NCBI GenBank assembly: GCA_050613775.1
Contig: JBODTK010000015.1
Coordinates: 744,001 to 808,000, forward strand
From: Neocallimastix sp. 'constans'
Lineage: Eukaryota
DNA: 64,000 nucleotides
Direction of reading: 5' to 3'
The notes under the pieces are model-generated. The model did not search any database. It saw only the letters and a list, made by a program, of their open reading frames with translations, and was not told the origin of the DNA. Below, in pieces: positions 12,620 through 27,000 of the stretch. The translations under genes were made by a program, and so were the position numbers. Each line of letters starts with the position of its first letter. Within the stretch, counting starts at the first letter, position 1.

Positions 12620-13925
12620 AGTGTTTAACTATGAAAATAGCTGAAGAGGCTACCTTTGGTGAATACTGAACTTTCAGTTTCTATCCTGGTTTTTCTGATT
12701 TTTAAGACATCGCTTTATTAACACAATTCTTCTGGTTCGACCCCGATGATGTCAGAATTTCTATTGGTATTCTCCTTCCTCTTATGGGTTAGAGTAATTC
12801 CTACCTAGACTCAAGGGGTTTTTGTTCCTGTAAGATTTTCCTTACCTTAAGGGCTCTGAGCTTATATAAGGAAAGGGCTTGTTTGTAAGCCAAATAAAGT
12901 AAAATAGCTGAGTTTCTTCTTGGAGGATTGTATCCGTGGTTCAAGAAGGCTATTAACAAGATGCTTGATCCTAATTACGTCGTTATGGGAATAGTTTAGA
13001 GGTTCTTTTTCCCCTTTTCTCATATTACTTCCAATTATTTTTTTTAAAAAGTATTCATTAAACTAAGAATAAAGCAAAGAAGACTTGCTATATGAATGAT
13101 GAATACTATTTAAAAAATGGATACCTCCTATTTTCAAGACTAATATTTAAAGATCTACTACAACAAGTAGTTCCTAACATCAAATATTCCAAGATGTGGT
13201 TGCGACAAGTTCAATGTTTTCAGGTGATAAATATCAAGAATGTTCCAGTTCATTAATCTTACTACTTGGGAAATCCATTAGATAGTGATTTCAATCTCAT
13301 TCAGGTCAAAACATCTCTACAAAAGGCTGCAACTTCTGCAAGAACACTTTGAAAGTGTAAGCAATCACGTCATCCATCTAGATAATTCCTTTAATCTTGA
13401 ATAAAGGATGTATTTAAACGTTTTTATGATATCAAGATCTTTCAAACCTCCATGGTTGCCGTACTATGTGTTTGCATTATCTGATAAATTACGCATTGCC
13501 ATGTTGTCGATTTCTACCCCTTTCCATATCATCATCGAATAATTAATCTAGGATGTATTGGGAATGATGTAGTGAATTAAATCCAACACAATGTCATTGA
13601 ATATCATTGATGTGATATTGATGAAATGCTTCCAAAGCTGACTGATCATTGATGATGGCTGTTTCTTCTTTGTAGTCGTATATATGATGTCAACCAATTA
13701 GTTATGATTGCCGCATCATATCACTTTGTTTAATAAACACATATGAAACTGATACGAAAGATCTCTCTTCAGTTAGGCCAAATTGTGAAATCATGATCAT
13801 TGACAATCAGCCCTTTCGGTATGCCCAATGTGAAGTAGATTATTTGAAGCAGGTGACCTGTGCCATCACCACAATATCTAAGTTAAATAAAAGCTTAAAT
13901 ATCAGAAAAGGTGGACACTAATAAT
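12620..13925. other. Unidentified GC-richer core of the array unit (probable decayed coding or element sequence)
   Basis: Visibly GC-richer than its flanks. Copies at about 16605-17908, 20580-21856, 25403-26701, 29573-30886, 34055-35331 and 37984-39256. No recognisable motif. Confidence 0.6.
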
Positions 13926-15274
13926 AGTTGCTATTGTAATAATTTTTAAATAGTATTTAAATAGTATTTAAATAGTAACTTAATAAATTAAAATTTAAGA
14001 ATTGGTAATTATTTTAATGATCAATGATTATTAAAATAATTATCAATTTAAATAGGAATTAAGAAGGCACAATCAAAATAATTTCTTATTAAATATTCCT
14101 GTACTTCTATTTAATATTAAATCATTTTAATAAAAATTTTGAATTTATTCTTAAAATCAAGTTTTTATTAAAATAATTTCTTATTAAATGTTACGGTACT
14201 TCTATTTAATATGAAATCATTTTAATACCTTTTATATTTCTATTTGTTGAATTGCTTAGAATAAAAAAAAATTATTTTTCTAATTTTTTTTTGTTTAAGT
14301 AATTATTTACAAAAAAAAAAAAAATTATTAATTTCTACATATAATTTTATGTATAAAATTATTATTTTTTTATTATTTTTTTATTATTTTTTTATTGTTA
14401 TTTTATTTTTTTATTTTTTAATTTGTAATTATTTTTTAAATTAACTCAAAATTGAAATAATAAAAAATAGAAATAAATAAAAAGAAATAAAAAAAAGTAA
14501 ATAAATAATTTTTGAAAATAATAATTTTTCGATGTTTCTTTTCCTTGATAAGTTATTTTAGAAAAATAATTTTATTAAAAGTTAAAAATTTCTAAAAAAT
14601 TATAATAATATATATATTATATATATATATATATATTTTTAATATTAAATTTCAATTTCAATTTCAATTTTATTGAAATTATTTAAATGTTAAGCAAGAG
14701 TTATTTTAATTACTAATAATACATAAGTTTTCTTTCTATAAGTATAGACTGAATCTTCAAATTGAATACTTAACTTTACATGTTATGATATTTTTTTTAT
14801 TTTCTAGTATGTAATAGAATAGAGATAATATCTACATGTCATCATACAATATTAGAAATAATTTAAAAAGATTTGTTTCGAAAGAATAATGAATTAAAAC
14901 GAAATAGTTATTAATTAAAAAAAAAAAATTTTTATTATAATATATATAATATAAATATGTTATTTATATATATAAAAATTATTTATTATATAATAATTGT
15001 TTTATTAATACAATATATATATATATATATATATATGATTATCTAAATTAAATTTTGAAAATAGTAATATTTTGATTTAAAAATCATTAAAAGATATATA
15101 AATTTACATATTTACATATTATATCAATAATAAAGTGATTAAGTCAAATAGTGAAAATCGTATTAATACTAGTAATTTTTTGAATAACGAGTGTGTAAAT
15201 ATATATATATGTCATGATACCAATTATATAACTTCCTTCTTGGTGGAAATGATAAAGATATTATTGATTTAGAT

Positions 15275-15500
15275 CCTATTGGAGCACATAATACAATTGT
15301 GCAAGAGAGTCCTCCGCAACAACATTTATTACTAATATTGATTTTAATGACCAAGTTAAATAAAGTTGGTGAGAGGGAACAACCTTGTCGAATACCTTTA
15401 ATAATACTAAATGATCTTGATAATTGTCCATCAACCATTACTCAAGCTTTAGAAAATGAGTTATAAGCTTTCGATAAAATCATTGCACTTAAGAAAAAAA
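15275..15500 (-). mobile_element. LINE-like RT fragment, short variant (also about 19245-19460, 28277-28495, 36660-36860)
   Basis: DGQLSRSFSIIKGIRQGCSLSPTLFNL in the ORF track; the ADD codons are deleted in these copies. Confidence 0.8.
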
Positions 15501-18500
15501 TAAAATTTCATAAGATGTTAATGACTAATCAAATAGAACATATTTATAAAAATCATAAAGCATGTAAAGAAGAAAATGAACATTTAATCATATATTTAAT
15601 TTAACATAAATCAGATATGAATAATTAAAATGTAACGACATTAATTTATATATTTCTTAATAGAAAGAAAAATACAATTAAATATTTATTATATTGTGAG
15701 TTAGTTTTGATTAACTCAAAAATAATGGAATAATATTATTTTATGTATATAAAGATGGAAAAGAAATCATAGTAATTTATTTAATTGAACTTGTTAAAAA
15801 TATAAATAAAAGAAAATAGAGTAAAGCATCATCATTTTTTGCTATAAATGATATAAATATTATTATACAAATTGGAATTGAAATGAATATTATTAATATA
15901 ATAAATAAATAAATAAATAGAAAAATAAACAAATAAATAAATAAATAAATAATAAATAAATAAATTATAAGTAAATAAATAAGTAAATAAGTAAATAAAT
16001 AGATAGGTAAATAAATTAATTAATAATAAATAAATAAATAAATAATAAGTAAATAAATAAGTAAATAAGTAAATAATTGAATAAATAATAAATAAATAAT
16101 TAATTAATTGATAAGTAAATAAATAATATGTAATAAATAAATAAATATATATTATGTATAAAATTTTAAATTTTTATTAAATATTAATTGAAAATATTTA
16201 TTAAATATAAATTTTTATATTTTTATTAGAATTTAGTTGAAAATATTTTAGGACCTCTTAAAAGAAATTTTGATAATAACTATTTATATAATAAATTTAT
16301 AAATTATATAATTTTTATTTTTTTTCTATAGTACTTATAATAAACTTTATACATTAATATTTTTTTGAAAATAGATGAAAAATAAATTAAAAAATAAAAT
16401 TATATTACAAATGATTTATTATAATTATATTGATAATATATAATATTTTAAATTAAAAAAAAAAAATTTTTTTATTTTTTTTTTTCTTGTATATAAAAGA
16501 AAGAGAAATCTCTTTCAAAAAAAAAAAAAAAAAAATGAAAAAAGTAATAAAAATATAAAAAATCACTAATTAATAAATCTTTATTTTAAAATTAATATTG
16601 TATTAGTGTTTAACTATGAAAATAGCTGAAGAGGCTACCTTTGGTGAATACTGAACTTTCAGTTTCTATCCTGGTTTTTCTGATTTTTAAGACATTGCTT
16701 TATTAACACAATTCTTCTGGTTCGACCCCGATGATGTCAGAATTTCTATTGGTATTCTCCTTCCTCTTATGGGTTAGAGTAATTCCTACCTAGGCTCAAG
16801 AGGTTTTGTTTCTGTAGGATTTTCCTTACCTTCAGGGTTTCAGAGCTTATACAAGGAAAGGGCTTGTTTGTAAACCAAATAAAGTAAAACAGCTTAGTTT
16901 CTTCTTGGAGGATTGTATCCGTGGTTCAAGAAAGTGATTAACAATATACTTGATCCTAGTTATGCCGTTATGGGAATAATTTAGAGGTTCTTTTTCCTCT
17001 TTTCTCATATTATTTCCAATTATTTTTTTTTTAAAAAGTATTCATTAAACTAAGAATAAAGCAAAGAAGACTTGCTATATGAATGATGAATACTATTTAA
17101 AAAATGGATATCTCCTATTTTCAAGACTATTATTTAAAGATCTGCTACAGTTAGTAGTTCCTAACATTAGATATTCCAAGATGTGGTTGCGACGAGTTCA
17201 ATGTTTTCAGGTGATAAATATCAAGAATGTTCCAGTTCATTAATCTGACTACTTAGAACATTCATTAGATAGTGAATCCAGTCTCATTCAGGTCAAAACA
17301 TCTCTATAAAAGGCTACAACTTCTGCAAGAACACTTTGAAAGTGTAAGCAATCACGTCATCCATCCAGATAATTCCTGTAATCTTGAATAAAGGATGTAT
17401 TTAAACGTTTTTATGATATCAGGATCTTTCAAACCTCCATGGTTGCCGTACCATGTGTTTGCATTATCTGATAAATTACGCATTGCCATGTTGTCGATTT
17501 CTGCCCCTTTCCATATCATTATCGAATAATTAATCTAGGATGTATTGGGCATGATGTAGTGAATTAAATCCAACACAATGTCATTGAATATCATTGATGT
17601 GATATTGATGAAATGCTTCCAAAGCTGACTGATCATTGATGATGGCTGTTTCTTCTTTGTAGTCGTATATATGATGTCAACCAATTAGTTATGATTGCCG
17701 CATCATATCACTTTGTTTAATAAACACATATGAAACTGATACGAAAGATCTCTCTTTAGTTAGGCCAAATTGTGAAATCATGATCATTGACAATCAGCCC
17801 TTTCGGTATGCCCAATGTGAAGTGGATTATTTGAAGCAGGTGACCTGTGCCATCACCACAATATCTAAGTTAAATAAAAGCTTAAATATCAGAAAAGGTG
17901 GACACTAATAATAGTTGCTATTGTAATAATTTTTAAATGGTATTTAAATAGTATTTAAATAGTAACTTAATAAATTAAAATTTAAGAATTGGTAATTATT
18001 TTAATGATCAATGATTATTAAAATAATTATCAATTTAAATAGGAATTAAGAAGGCACAATCAAAATAATTTCTTATTAAATATTCCTGTACTTCTATTTA
18101 ATATTAAATCATTTTAATAAAAATTTTGAATTTATTCTTAAAATCAAGTTTTTATTAAAATAATTTCTTATTAAATGTTACGGTACTTCTATTTAATATG
18201 AAATCATTTTAATAAAAATTTTATTTTATTCTTAAAATAACTTTTAAATTTCTATTTGTTGAATTGCTTAGAATAAAAAAAAATTATTTTTCTAATTTTT
18301 TTTATTTAAGTAATTATTTACAAAAAAAAAAAAAAAAAATTATTAATTTCTACATATAATTTTATGTATAAAATTATTTTTTTATTATTTTTTTATTATT
18401 TTTTTATTGTTATTTTATTTTTTTATTTTTTAATTTTTAATTCTTTTTTAAATTAATTCAAAATTGAAATAATAAAAAATAGAAATAAATAAAAAGAAAT

Positions 18501-21500
18501 AAAAAAAAGTAAATAAATAATTTTTGAAAATAATAATTTTTCGATGTTTCTTTTCCTTGATAAGTTATTTTAGAAAATAATTTTATTAAAAGTTAAAAAT
18601 TTCTAAAAAATTAAAATAATATATATATATATTTTAATATTAAATTTTATTGAAATTATTTAAATGTTAATCAAGAGTTATTTTACTTACTAATAATACA
18701 TAAGTTTTCTTTCTATAAGTATAGCTGAATTTTCAAATTGAATATTTAACTTTAAATATTATGATATTTTTTTTATTTTCTAGTATGTAATAGAATAAAG
18801 ATAGTATCTACATGTCATCATACAAAATTAGAAATATTTTAAAAGTTTTGTTTCGAAATAATAATGGATCAAAATGAAATAATAATTTATGTTAAAAAAA
18901 AAAAAATTTTTTTTATAATATATATAATTCAAATATGTTTTTTATATATATAAAAATTATTTATTATATAATAATTGTTTTATTAATACAATATATATAT
19001 ATATATGATTATCTAAATTAAATTTTGAAAATAATAATATTTTGATTTAAAAATCATTAAAAAATATATAAATTTACATATTTATATACTATATCAATAA
19101 TAAAGTGATTAGGTCAAATGGTGAAAATCGTATTAATACTAGTAATTTTTTGAATAACGAGTGTGTAAATATATATATATGTCATGATACCAATTATATA
19201 ACTTCCTTCTTGGTGGAAATGATAAAGATATTATTGATTTAGATCCTATTGGAGCACATAATACAATTGTACAAGAGAGTCCTCCGCAACAACATTTATT
19301 ACTAATAATGATTTTAATGACCAAGTTAAATAAAGTTGGTGAGAGGGAACAACATTGTCGAATACCTTTCATAATACTAAATGATTCTGATAATTGTCCA
19401 TCAACCCTTTCTCAAGTCTTAAAAAATGAGTTATAAGCTTTCGATAAAATCATTGCACTTAAGAAAAATATAAAATTTCATAAGATGTTAATGACTAATC
19501 AAATAGAACATATTTATAAAAATCATAAAGCATGTAAAGAAGAAAATGAACATTTAATCATATATTTAATTGAACATAAATCATATATGAATAATTAAAA
19601 TGTAACAACATTAATTTATATATTTCTTAATAGAAAGAAAAATGCAATTAAATATTTATTAGATTGTGGGTTAGTTTTGATTAACTCAAAAATAATGAAA
19701 TAATATTATTTTATGTATATAAAGATAGAAAAGAAACCATAATAATTTAATTAATTGAACTTGTTAAAAATATAAATAAAAGAAAATAGAGTAAAGCATC
19801 ATCATTTTTTGCTATAAATGATATAAATAATATTATACAAATTGGAATTGAAATGAATATAATTAATATAATAAATAAATAAATAAATAAATAGAAAAAT
19901 AAACAAATAAATAAATAAATAATAAATAAATAAATAAATAAATAAATAATAAATAAGTAAATAAGTAAATAAATAGATAGGTAAATAAATTAATTAATAA
20001 TAAATAAATAAATAAATAATAAGTAAATAAATAAGTAAATAAGTAAATAATTGAATAAATAATAAATAAATAATTAATTAATTGATAAGTAAATAAATAA
20101 TATGTAATAAATAAATATATATATTATGTATAAAATTTTAAATTTTTATTAAATATTAGTTGAAAATATTTCCAGGACCCTTAAATATGAATTTTTTAAA
20201 TTTTTTTTAAAAATTTAGTTGAAAATATTTTTAGGACTATTTTTATAATAAATATATAAATTATATAATTTTTATTTTTTTTTTTCTATAGTGATATAAT
20301 AAACTTTATTCATTAATATTTTTTTGAAAATAGATGAAAAATAAATTAAAAAATAAAATTATATTACAAATGATTTATTATAATTATATTGATAATATAT
20401 AATATTTTAAATTAAAAAAAAAATTTTTTTTATTTTTTTTTCTTATTAAATATGTCTTGTATATAAAAGAAAGAGAAATCTCTTTCAAAAAAAAAAAAAA
20501 AAAAAAAATGAAAAAAGTAATAAAAATATAAAAAAAATCACTAATTAATAAATCTTTATTTTAAAATTAATATTGTATTAGTGTTTAACTATGAGAATGA
20601 TTGAAGAGGCTACCTTTGGTGAATTCTGAACTTTCAGTTTCTATCCTGGTTTTTCTGATTTTTAAGACATCGCTTTATTAACACAATTCTTCTGGTTCGA
20701 CCCCGATGATGTCAGAATTTCTATTAGTATTCTCCTTCCTCTTATGGGTTAGAGTAATTCCTACCTAGACTCAAGGGGTTTTGTTCCTGTAAGATTTTCC
20801 TTACCTTAAGGGCTCTGAGCTTATATAAGGAAAGGGCTTGTTTGTAAGCCAAATAAAGTAAAATAGCTTAGTTTCTTCTTGGAGGATTGTATCCGTGATT
20901 CAAGAAGGCTATTAACAAGATACTTGATCCTAATTATGTCGTTATGGGAATAATTTAGAGGTTCTTTTTCCTCTTTTCTCATATTATTTCCTAATTTTTT
21001 TTTTTAAAAATAAAAAATATTCAATAAACTAAGAATAAAGCAAAGAAGACTTGCTATATGAATGATGAATACTATTTAAAAAATGGATACCTCCTATTTT
21101 CAAGACTAATATAAAAAGATCTACTACAGCAAGTAGTTCCTAACATCAGATATTTCAAGATGTGGTTGCGACGAGTTCAATGTTTTCAGGTGATAAATAT
21201 CAACAATGTTTCAGTTCATTAATCTGACTACTTAGAACATCCATTAGATAGTGATTTCAATCTCATTCAGGTCAAAACATCTCTACAAAAGGCTTCAACT
21301 TCTGCAAGAACACTTTGAAAGTGTAAGCAATCACGTCATCCATCTAGATAATTCCTGTAATCTTGAATAAAGGATGTATTTAAACGTTTGTAGGATATCA
21401 CGATTTTTCAAGCCTTCATGGTTGCCATACCATGTGTTTGTATTATCTGACAAATTACGCGTTGCCATGTCGTCGATTTCTGCCCCTTTCCATATCACCA

Positions 21501-23459
21501 TCAAGTAATTGATCAAATCCAACCCAATGTCATTGAATGTCATTGATGTGATATTGATGAAATGCTTCCAAAGCTGACTGATCATTGATGATGACTGTTT
21601 CTTCTTTGTAGTCGTATATATGATGACAACCAATTAGTTATGATTGCCGCATCATATCATTTTGTTTAATAAACACATATGAAACTGATACGAAAGATCT
21701 CTCTTCAGTCAGGCCAAATTGTGAAAACATGATCATTGACAAACAGCCCTTTCGGTATGCCCAATGCAAAGTGGATTATTTGAAGCAGGTGACCTGTGCC
21801 ATCACCACAATATCTAAGTTAAATAAAAGCTTAAATATCAGAAAAGTGGACACTAATAATAGTTGCTGTTGTAATAATTTTTAAATAGTATTTAAATAGT
21901 ATTTAAATAGTAACTTAATAAATTAAAATTTAAGAATTGGTAATTATTTTAATGATCAATGATTATTAAAATAATTATCAATTTAAATAGGAATTAAGAA
22001 GGCACAATCAAAATAATTTCTTATTAAATATTCCTGTACTTCTATTAATATTAAATCATTTTAATAAAAATTTTGAATTTATTCTTAAAATCAAGTATTT
22101 ATTAAAATAATTTCTTATTAAATGTTACGGTACTTCTATTTAATATGAAATCATTTTAATAAAAATTTGATTTTATTCTTAAAATAACTTTTAAATTTCT
22201 ATTTGTTGAATTGCTTAGAATAAAAAAAATTATTTTTCTAATTTTTTTTTATTTAAGTAATTATTTACAAAAAAAAAAAAAATTATTAATTTCTACATAT
22301 AATTTTATGTATAAAATTATTATTTTTTTATTATTTTTTATTATTTTTTTATTGTTATTTTATTTTTTTATTTTTTAATTTTTAATTCTTTTTTAAATTA
22401 ATTCAAAATTGAAATAATAAAAAATAGAAATAAATAAAAAGAAATAAAAAAAAGTAAATAAATAATTTTTGAAAATAATAATTTTTCGATGTTTCTTTTC
22501 CTTGATAAGTTATTTTAGAAAATAATTTTGTTAAAAGTTAAAAATTTCTAAAAAATTAAAATAATATATATATATATTTTAATATTAAATTTTATTGAAA
22601 TTATTTAAATGTTAATCAAGAGTTATTTTAATTACTAATAATACATAAGTTTTCTTTCTATAAGTATAGCTGAATTTTCAAATTGAATATTTAACTTTAA
22701 ATATTATGATATTTTTTTATTTTCTAGTATGTAATAGAATAAAGATAGTATCTACATGTCATCATACACAATTAGAAATATTTTAAAAGTTTTGTTTCGA
22801 AACAATAATGGATTAAAATGAAATAATAATTTATGTTAAAAAAAAAAAAATTTTTTTTATAATATATATAATTCAAATATGTTTTTTATATATATAAAAA
22901 TTATTTATTATATAATAATTGTTTTATTAATACAATATATATATATATATATGATTATCTAAATTAAATTTTGAAAATAATAATATTTTGATTTAAAAAT
23001 CATTAAAAAATATATAAATTTAAATATTTATATACTATATCAATAATAAAGTGATTAGGTCAAATGGTGAAAATCGTATTAATACTAGTAATTTTTTGAA
23101 TAACGAGTGTGTAAATATATATATGTCATGATACCGATTATATTACTTCCTTCTTGGCGGAAAAGACACATATATAATTGATTTAGATCGCACAGTAATT
23201 TGTACAAATATAATTTTTATTATTATTATAAATATTAAGTTTTATAATCCAATAATATTGAATAAAATAAGATTTTAAATAATTCATATATATCTTTTTA
23301 CTAATATAATAAATTCAATTAATTCTAATTTATTATTTGTATTAGTATATCGATTTAAATTTGTTATTCTTAATTCTATAATTATATCAAATTATATAAA
23401 AAAAAATATAAAATTAAAAATTAATAATAATTATATCAATAACAATATAACAATAATAA

Positions 23460-24045
23460 AAATTCAAAACTTGGCCAATTACTATATCAGAAAGTAACAT
23501 TCCCTTATAAGAGATAGGAATACGAGGATTTTTAAGAAATTGTTTTATGGAATAAAGTGTTTTTCTAACTTTATTATTCATTCTCTGTATGATCGGTTTC
23601 AATTTTTAAGTCATTTTAAAAAAATATACCTAAGTAGATATAACAATTGGTTTTAGGGAACTCTTGATTTGAATGATAAAAGATAGAGTTAACTATTATT
23701 AAGAAATCCTGAAACTTCTCCTCATACTACTAAACTTGAATATTTATTGATATTAAATTGCATTTTATTATTTCTTGGCCACTTACTTGCTGACTTTACC
23801 AACTTCTTAAGTTGAGAACCTATTGGAGCACATAATACAATTGTCATCTGCAAGAGAGACCTCCACAACAACATTTATTACTAATAATAATTTTATTTTA
23901 ATGACCAAGTTAAATAAAGTTGGTGAGAGGGAACAACCTTTATGAATACTTTTCTTAATATTAAATGATTCTGATAATTGTCCATCAACCCTTACTCAAG
24001 CCTTAGAAAATGAGTTATAACTTTTCGATAAAATTATAGCACTTA
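23460..24045 (-). mobile_element. LINE-like RT fragment, long variant (also about 32490-33075)
   Basis: GCSLSPTLFN, LADD, a YIYLGIF thumb motif and RMNNKVRKTLYSIKQFLKNPRIPISYK, in the expected order. Confidence 0.82.
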
Positions 24046-27000
24046 AGAAAAATATAAAATTTCATAGGATGTTAATGACTAATCAAATAGAATATATTTA
24101 TAATAAACATAAAGCATATAAAGATGAAAATGAACATTTAATCAAATATTTAATTGAACATAAAGCAGATAAGAATAATTAAAATGTAACAACATTAATT
24201 TATATATTTCTTAATAGAAAGAAAAATACAATTAAATATTTATTAGATTATGGGTTAGATATTGATGAACTCAAAAGTAATTGAATACCATTGTTTTATG
24301 TATGTAAAGATAGAAAAGAAATCATAGTAATTTATTTAATTGAACTTGTTAAAAATATAAATAAAAATAAATAGAGGATGTAAAGCATCATTTTTTTTTT
24401 GCTATAAATGATATAAATGAAATTATATAAATGAAATTATATAAATTGAACTTGAATTGAAAATAAATAATATAATGAATAAATAAATAGAAAAATAAAA
24501 AGATAAATTAATAAATAAATAAGTAAATAAATAATCAATAAGTAAGTAAATATATAAATAAATAAATAATAAATAAATAAATAAAAATTAATAAATAAAT
24601 AAATAAATAATAAATAAATAAATAATAAATAAATAAATAATAAATAAATAAATAATAAATAAATAAATAAATAAATAAATAATAAATAAATAAATAAATA
24701 ATAAATAAATAAATAAATAATAAATAAATAAATAATAAGTAAATAAATTATAAATAAGTAAATAAATTTTTAATAAATAATTAATTAATAAGTATATAAA
24801 TAATTTATATTAAATAAATATATAAATTATATATAAATTTTAAATTTTTATTAAATTTTAGTTGAAATATTTATAGGACCAATTATATATAAAATTTCTA
24901 ATTTTTTTTAAAATTTAGTTTAAAATATTTCTAGGACCCATTTTATATAAATTTTTAAATATTTATTGAAATTTACTTTTTGGACCTATTATATATAAAA
25001 TTTTAAATTTTTTTTCAAAATTTAGTTAATGATATTTCTTGGACCTTATAAAAGAAATTTTAATATATAAATTATATATATATATATTTTTTCTATAGTA
25101 GTTATAATAAACTTTATTCATTAATATTTTTTTAAAAATAGATGAAAATAATTTTTTATTTTTTAATTAAATATTAAATAAATATGAATAAAATTATATT
25201 ACAAATGATTTATTATAATTATATTGATAATATATAAAATTTTAAATCAAAAAAAATAATTTTTTTTTCTTATTAAATATGTCTTGTATATAAAAGAAAG
25301 AGAAATCTCTTTCAAAAAAAAAAAAAATAAAATAAAAAAATGTAATAAAAATATAAAAAATCACTAATTAATAAATCTTTATTTTTAAATTAATATTGTA
25401 TTAGTGTTTAACTATGAGAATGGTTGAAGAGGCTACCTATGGTGAATACTGAACTTTCAGTTTCTATCCTGGTTTTTAAAGCGTTGCTTTATTAACACAA
25501 TTCTTCTGGTTCGACCCAGATGATGTTAGAATTTCTATTGGTATCCTCCTTCCTCTTATGGGTTAGATTAATTCCTACCTAGGCTCAAGAGGTTTTGTTC
25601 CTGTAAGATTTTCCTTACCTTAAGGGCTCTGAGCTTATATAAGGAAAGGGCTTGTTTGTAAGCCAAATAAAGTAAAATAGCTTAGTTTCTTCTTGGAGGA
25701 TTGTATCCGTGATTCAAGAAAGTGATTAACAATATACTTGATCCTAGTTATGCCGTTATGGGAATAATTTGGAGGTTCTTTTTCCTCTTTTCTCATATTA
25801 TTTCCTAATTTTTTTTTTTAAAAATAAAAAATATTCAATAAACTAAGAATAAAGCAAAGAAGACTTGCTATATGAATGATGAATACTATTTAAAAAATGG
25901 ATACTTCCTATTTTCAAGACTAATATAAAAAGATCTACTACAGCAAGTAGTTCCTAACATCAGATATTTCAAGATGTGGTTGCGACGAGTTCAATGTTTT
26001 CAGGTGATAAATATCAACAATGTTTCAGTTCATTAATCTGACTACTTAGAACATCCATTAGATAGTGATTTCAGTCTCATTCAGGTCAAAACATCTCTAC
26101 AAAAGGCTGCAACTTCTGCAGGAACACTTTGAAAGTGTAAGCAATCACGTCATCCATCTAGATAATTCCTGTAATCTTGAATAAAGGATGTATTTAAACG
26201 TTTTTATGATATCAGGATCTTTCAAACCTCCATGGTTGCCATACTATGTGTTTGCATTATCTGATAAATTACGCATTGCCATGTTGTCGATTTCTACCCC
26301 TTTCCATATCATCATCGAATAATTAATCTAGGATGTATTGGGCATGATGTAGTGAACTAAATCCAACACAATGTCATTGAATATCATTGATGTGATATTG
26401 ATGAAATGCTTCCAAAACTGACTGATCATTGATGATGGCTGTTTCTTCTTTGTAGTCATATATATGATGACAACCAATTAGTTATGATTGCCGCATCATA
26501 TCACTTTGTTTAGTAAACACATATGAAACTGATACGAAAGATCTCTCTTCAGTTAGGCCAAATTGTGAAAACATGATCATTGACAAACAGCCCTTTCGGT
26601 ATGCCCAATGCAAAGTGGATTATTTGAAGCAGGTGACCAGTGCCATCACCACAATATCTAAGTTAAATAAAAGCTTAAATATCAGAAAAGGTGGACACTA
26701 ATAATAGTTGCTATTGTAATAATTTTTAAATAGTATTTAAATAGTATTTAAATAGTAACTTAATAAATTAAAATTTAAGAATTGGTAATTATTTTAATGA
26801 TCAATGATTATTAAAATAATTATCAATTTAAATAGGAATTAAGAAGGCACAATCAAAATAATTTCTTATTAAATATTCCTGTACTTCTATTTAATATTAA
26901 ATCATTTTAATAAAAATTTTGATTTTATTCTTAAAATCAAGTTTTTATTAAAATAATTTCTTATTAAATGTTACGGTACTTCTATTTAATATGAAATCAT

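Noticed and set aside
14085..14230. ~94-bp tandem duplication inside each unit
   Set aside because: Ordinary local duplication predating array amplification; no further signal.
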